A DNA stretch of 41,253 bases, taken from the IMG/VR virus record IMGVR_UViG_2563366955_000016. One strand, 5' to 3'. Shown piece after piece: positions 40,229 through 41,253 of this stretch; the stretch's first letter is position 1; every line of letters begins with the position of its first letter. This DNA comes from a virus. Lineage: Duplodnaviria > Heunggongvirae > Uroviricota > Caudoviricetes. Both the position numbers and the translations under genes were made by a program. The notes beneath the pieces are model-generated. The model was not told the origin of the DNA. It worked only from the letters and a program-made list of their open reading frames with translations, and did no database searches.

Positions 40229-41253
40229 TGGGAAGACGAAGGAAAAATCCTGAACACGAAAAATTACCTCCAAATGTATACCCAAATAAATATAGTTATG
40301 TATGGAAACCAACATCCAGAGAATCTGTCACACTAACCGCCATCAAGGATGGTTTAGCTGCTTTATGGAAAAAGTATGAGGAAACTGTAAATAATCGCGA
40401 TCGTGCAATGACATTCGGTCGCTTGTGGGAAAAATTCCTCGCCAGCGCCTATTACAGTGACCTTAGTCCAAGAACACAAAAAGATTATCTGCAACATCAA
40501 AAAAAGTTGCTTGCCGTATTCGGTAAGGTACCAGCGGATTCCATAAAACCAGAACACATCCGTCGATACATGGACAAAAGAGGGGAGCAGAGTAAAACGC
40601 AAGCCAACCATGAAAAAAGCAGTATGTCCCGTGTTTACAGTTGGGGGTATGAGCGAGGGTACGTGAAGGCTAACCCATGTGCAGGTGTAAGTAAATTCAA
40701 GGCCAAAAACCGCGAACGATATGTAACCGACAAAGAATACCAGGCAGTATTAAGCGTTGCACCTCTTCCTGTTTTTATCGCAATGGAAATTGCCTATCTG
40801 TGTGCAGCGAGGGTTTCCGATGTGTTATCGCTGAAATGGGAACAGATTGGAAACGACGGGATATTCATCCAGCAAGGGAAAACCGGAAAAAAACAGATAA
40901 AAGCATGGAGTCCACGATTACAGGCAGCGATCGAAAAAGCAAAACAGTTACCAAAATCTGCCTATGTGATCAGCAATCAATACGGCAACCGATATATGTA
41001 CAAAGGCTTTAACGAAATGTGGGTAGATGCAAGAAATCGTGCTGGAAAAATTTCAGGTATTTTAACCGACTTCACCTTTCATGATCTGAAGGCGAAAGGA
41101 ATTTCAGACTATGAAGGAAGCAGCCGGGATAAGCAACTTTTCTCTGGTCACAAAACCGAAGGGCAAGTGCTAATCTATGACAGGAAGGTTAAAGTTTCAC
41201 CAACACTTGATGTCCCGTTACCTGAAAATATTCCAAGAAAATATTCCAAGTAA
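40228..41253 (+). CDS. int: tyrosine site-specific integrase, 341 aa
   Basis: Lambda-integrase-like organisation with C-terminal catalytic region (R...HDLK...Y); stop codon is the last triplet of the window. Confidence 0.88.
   Translation: MGRRRKNPEHEKLPPNVYPNKYSYVWKPTSRESVTLTAIKDGLAALWKKYEETVNNRDRAMTFGRLWEKFLASAYYSDLSPRTQKDYLQHQKKLLAVFGKVPADSIKPEHIRRYMDKRGEQSKTQANHEKSSMSRVYSWGYERGYVKANPCAGVSKFKAKNRERYVTDKEYQAVLSVAPLPVFIAMEIAYLCAARVSDVLSLKWEQIGNDGIFIQQGKTGKKQIKAWSPRLQAAIEKAKQLPKSAYVISNQYGNRYMYKGFNEMWVDARNRAGKISGILTDFTFHDLKAKGISDYEGSSRDKQLFSGHKTEGQVLIYDRKVKVSPTLDVPLPENIPRKYSK

Overview
The window is almost entirely one lambdoid prophage, apparently near-complete and enterobacterial (E. coli-like), read here in reverse of the usual lambda map. 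All calls rest on reading the sequence and ORF track by eye; no database search was run, so family names are motif- and synteny-based, and the four tRNA anticodons were folded by hand. Minus strand, left to right: tail fiber assembly and side tail fiber (1-3983), lom (4048-4647), lambda-type tail genes J-I-K-L-M-H-GT/G plus major tail protein (4715-15296), HK97-type head module (15305-22518), HNH endonuclease, a phage-21-type lysis cassette (holin, SAR endolysin, Rz/Rz1) with an extra gene inserted, four tRNA genes, Q-like antiterminator, RusA, DUF968 protein, then an AT-rich cargo island (lipoprotein, hok toxin, IS5-disrupted HNH-domain gene), an O-like replication gene with internal iterons, and YdaT-like and Cro-like genes. 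Plus strand: CI-like repressor, a Qin-type ydfA-ydfB-ydfC-dicF-dicB-ydfD operon, a large frameshifted exonuclease-domain gene, excisionase-like gene and integrase ending at the window edge. No CRISPR array, no stx genes and no recognisable multi-gene defence operon were found; the most interesting material is in the moron positions: a solitary GNAT-like gene at the bor-equivalent locus, the IS5-inactivated HNH gene, the lipoprotein/hok cassettes, and a non-standard tRNA array.
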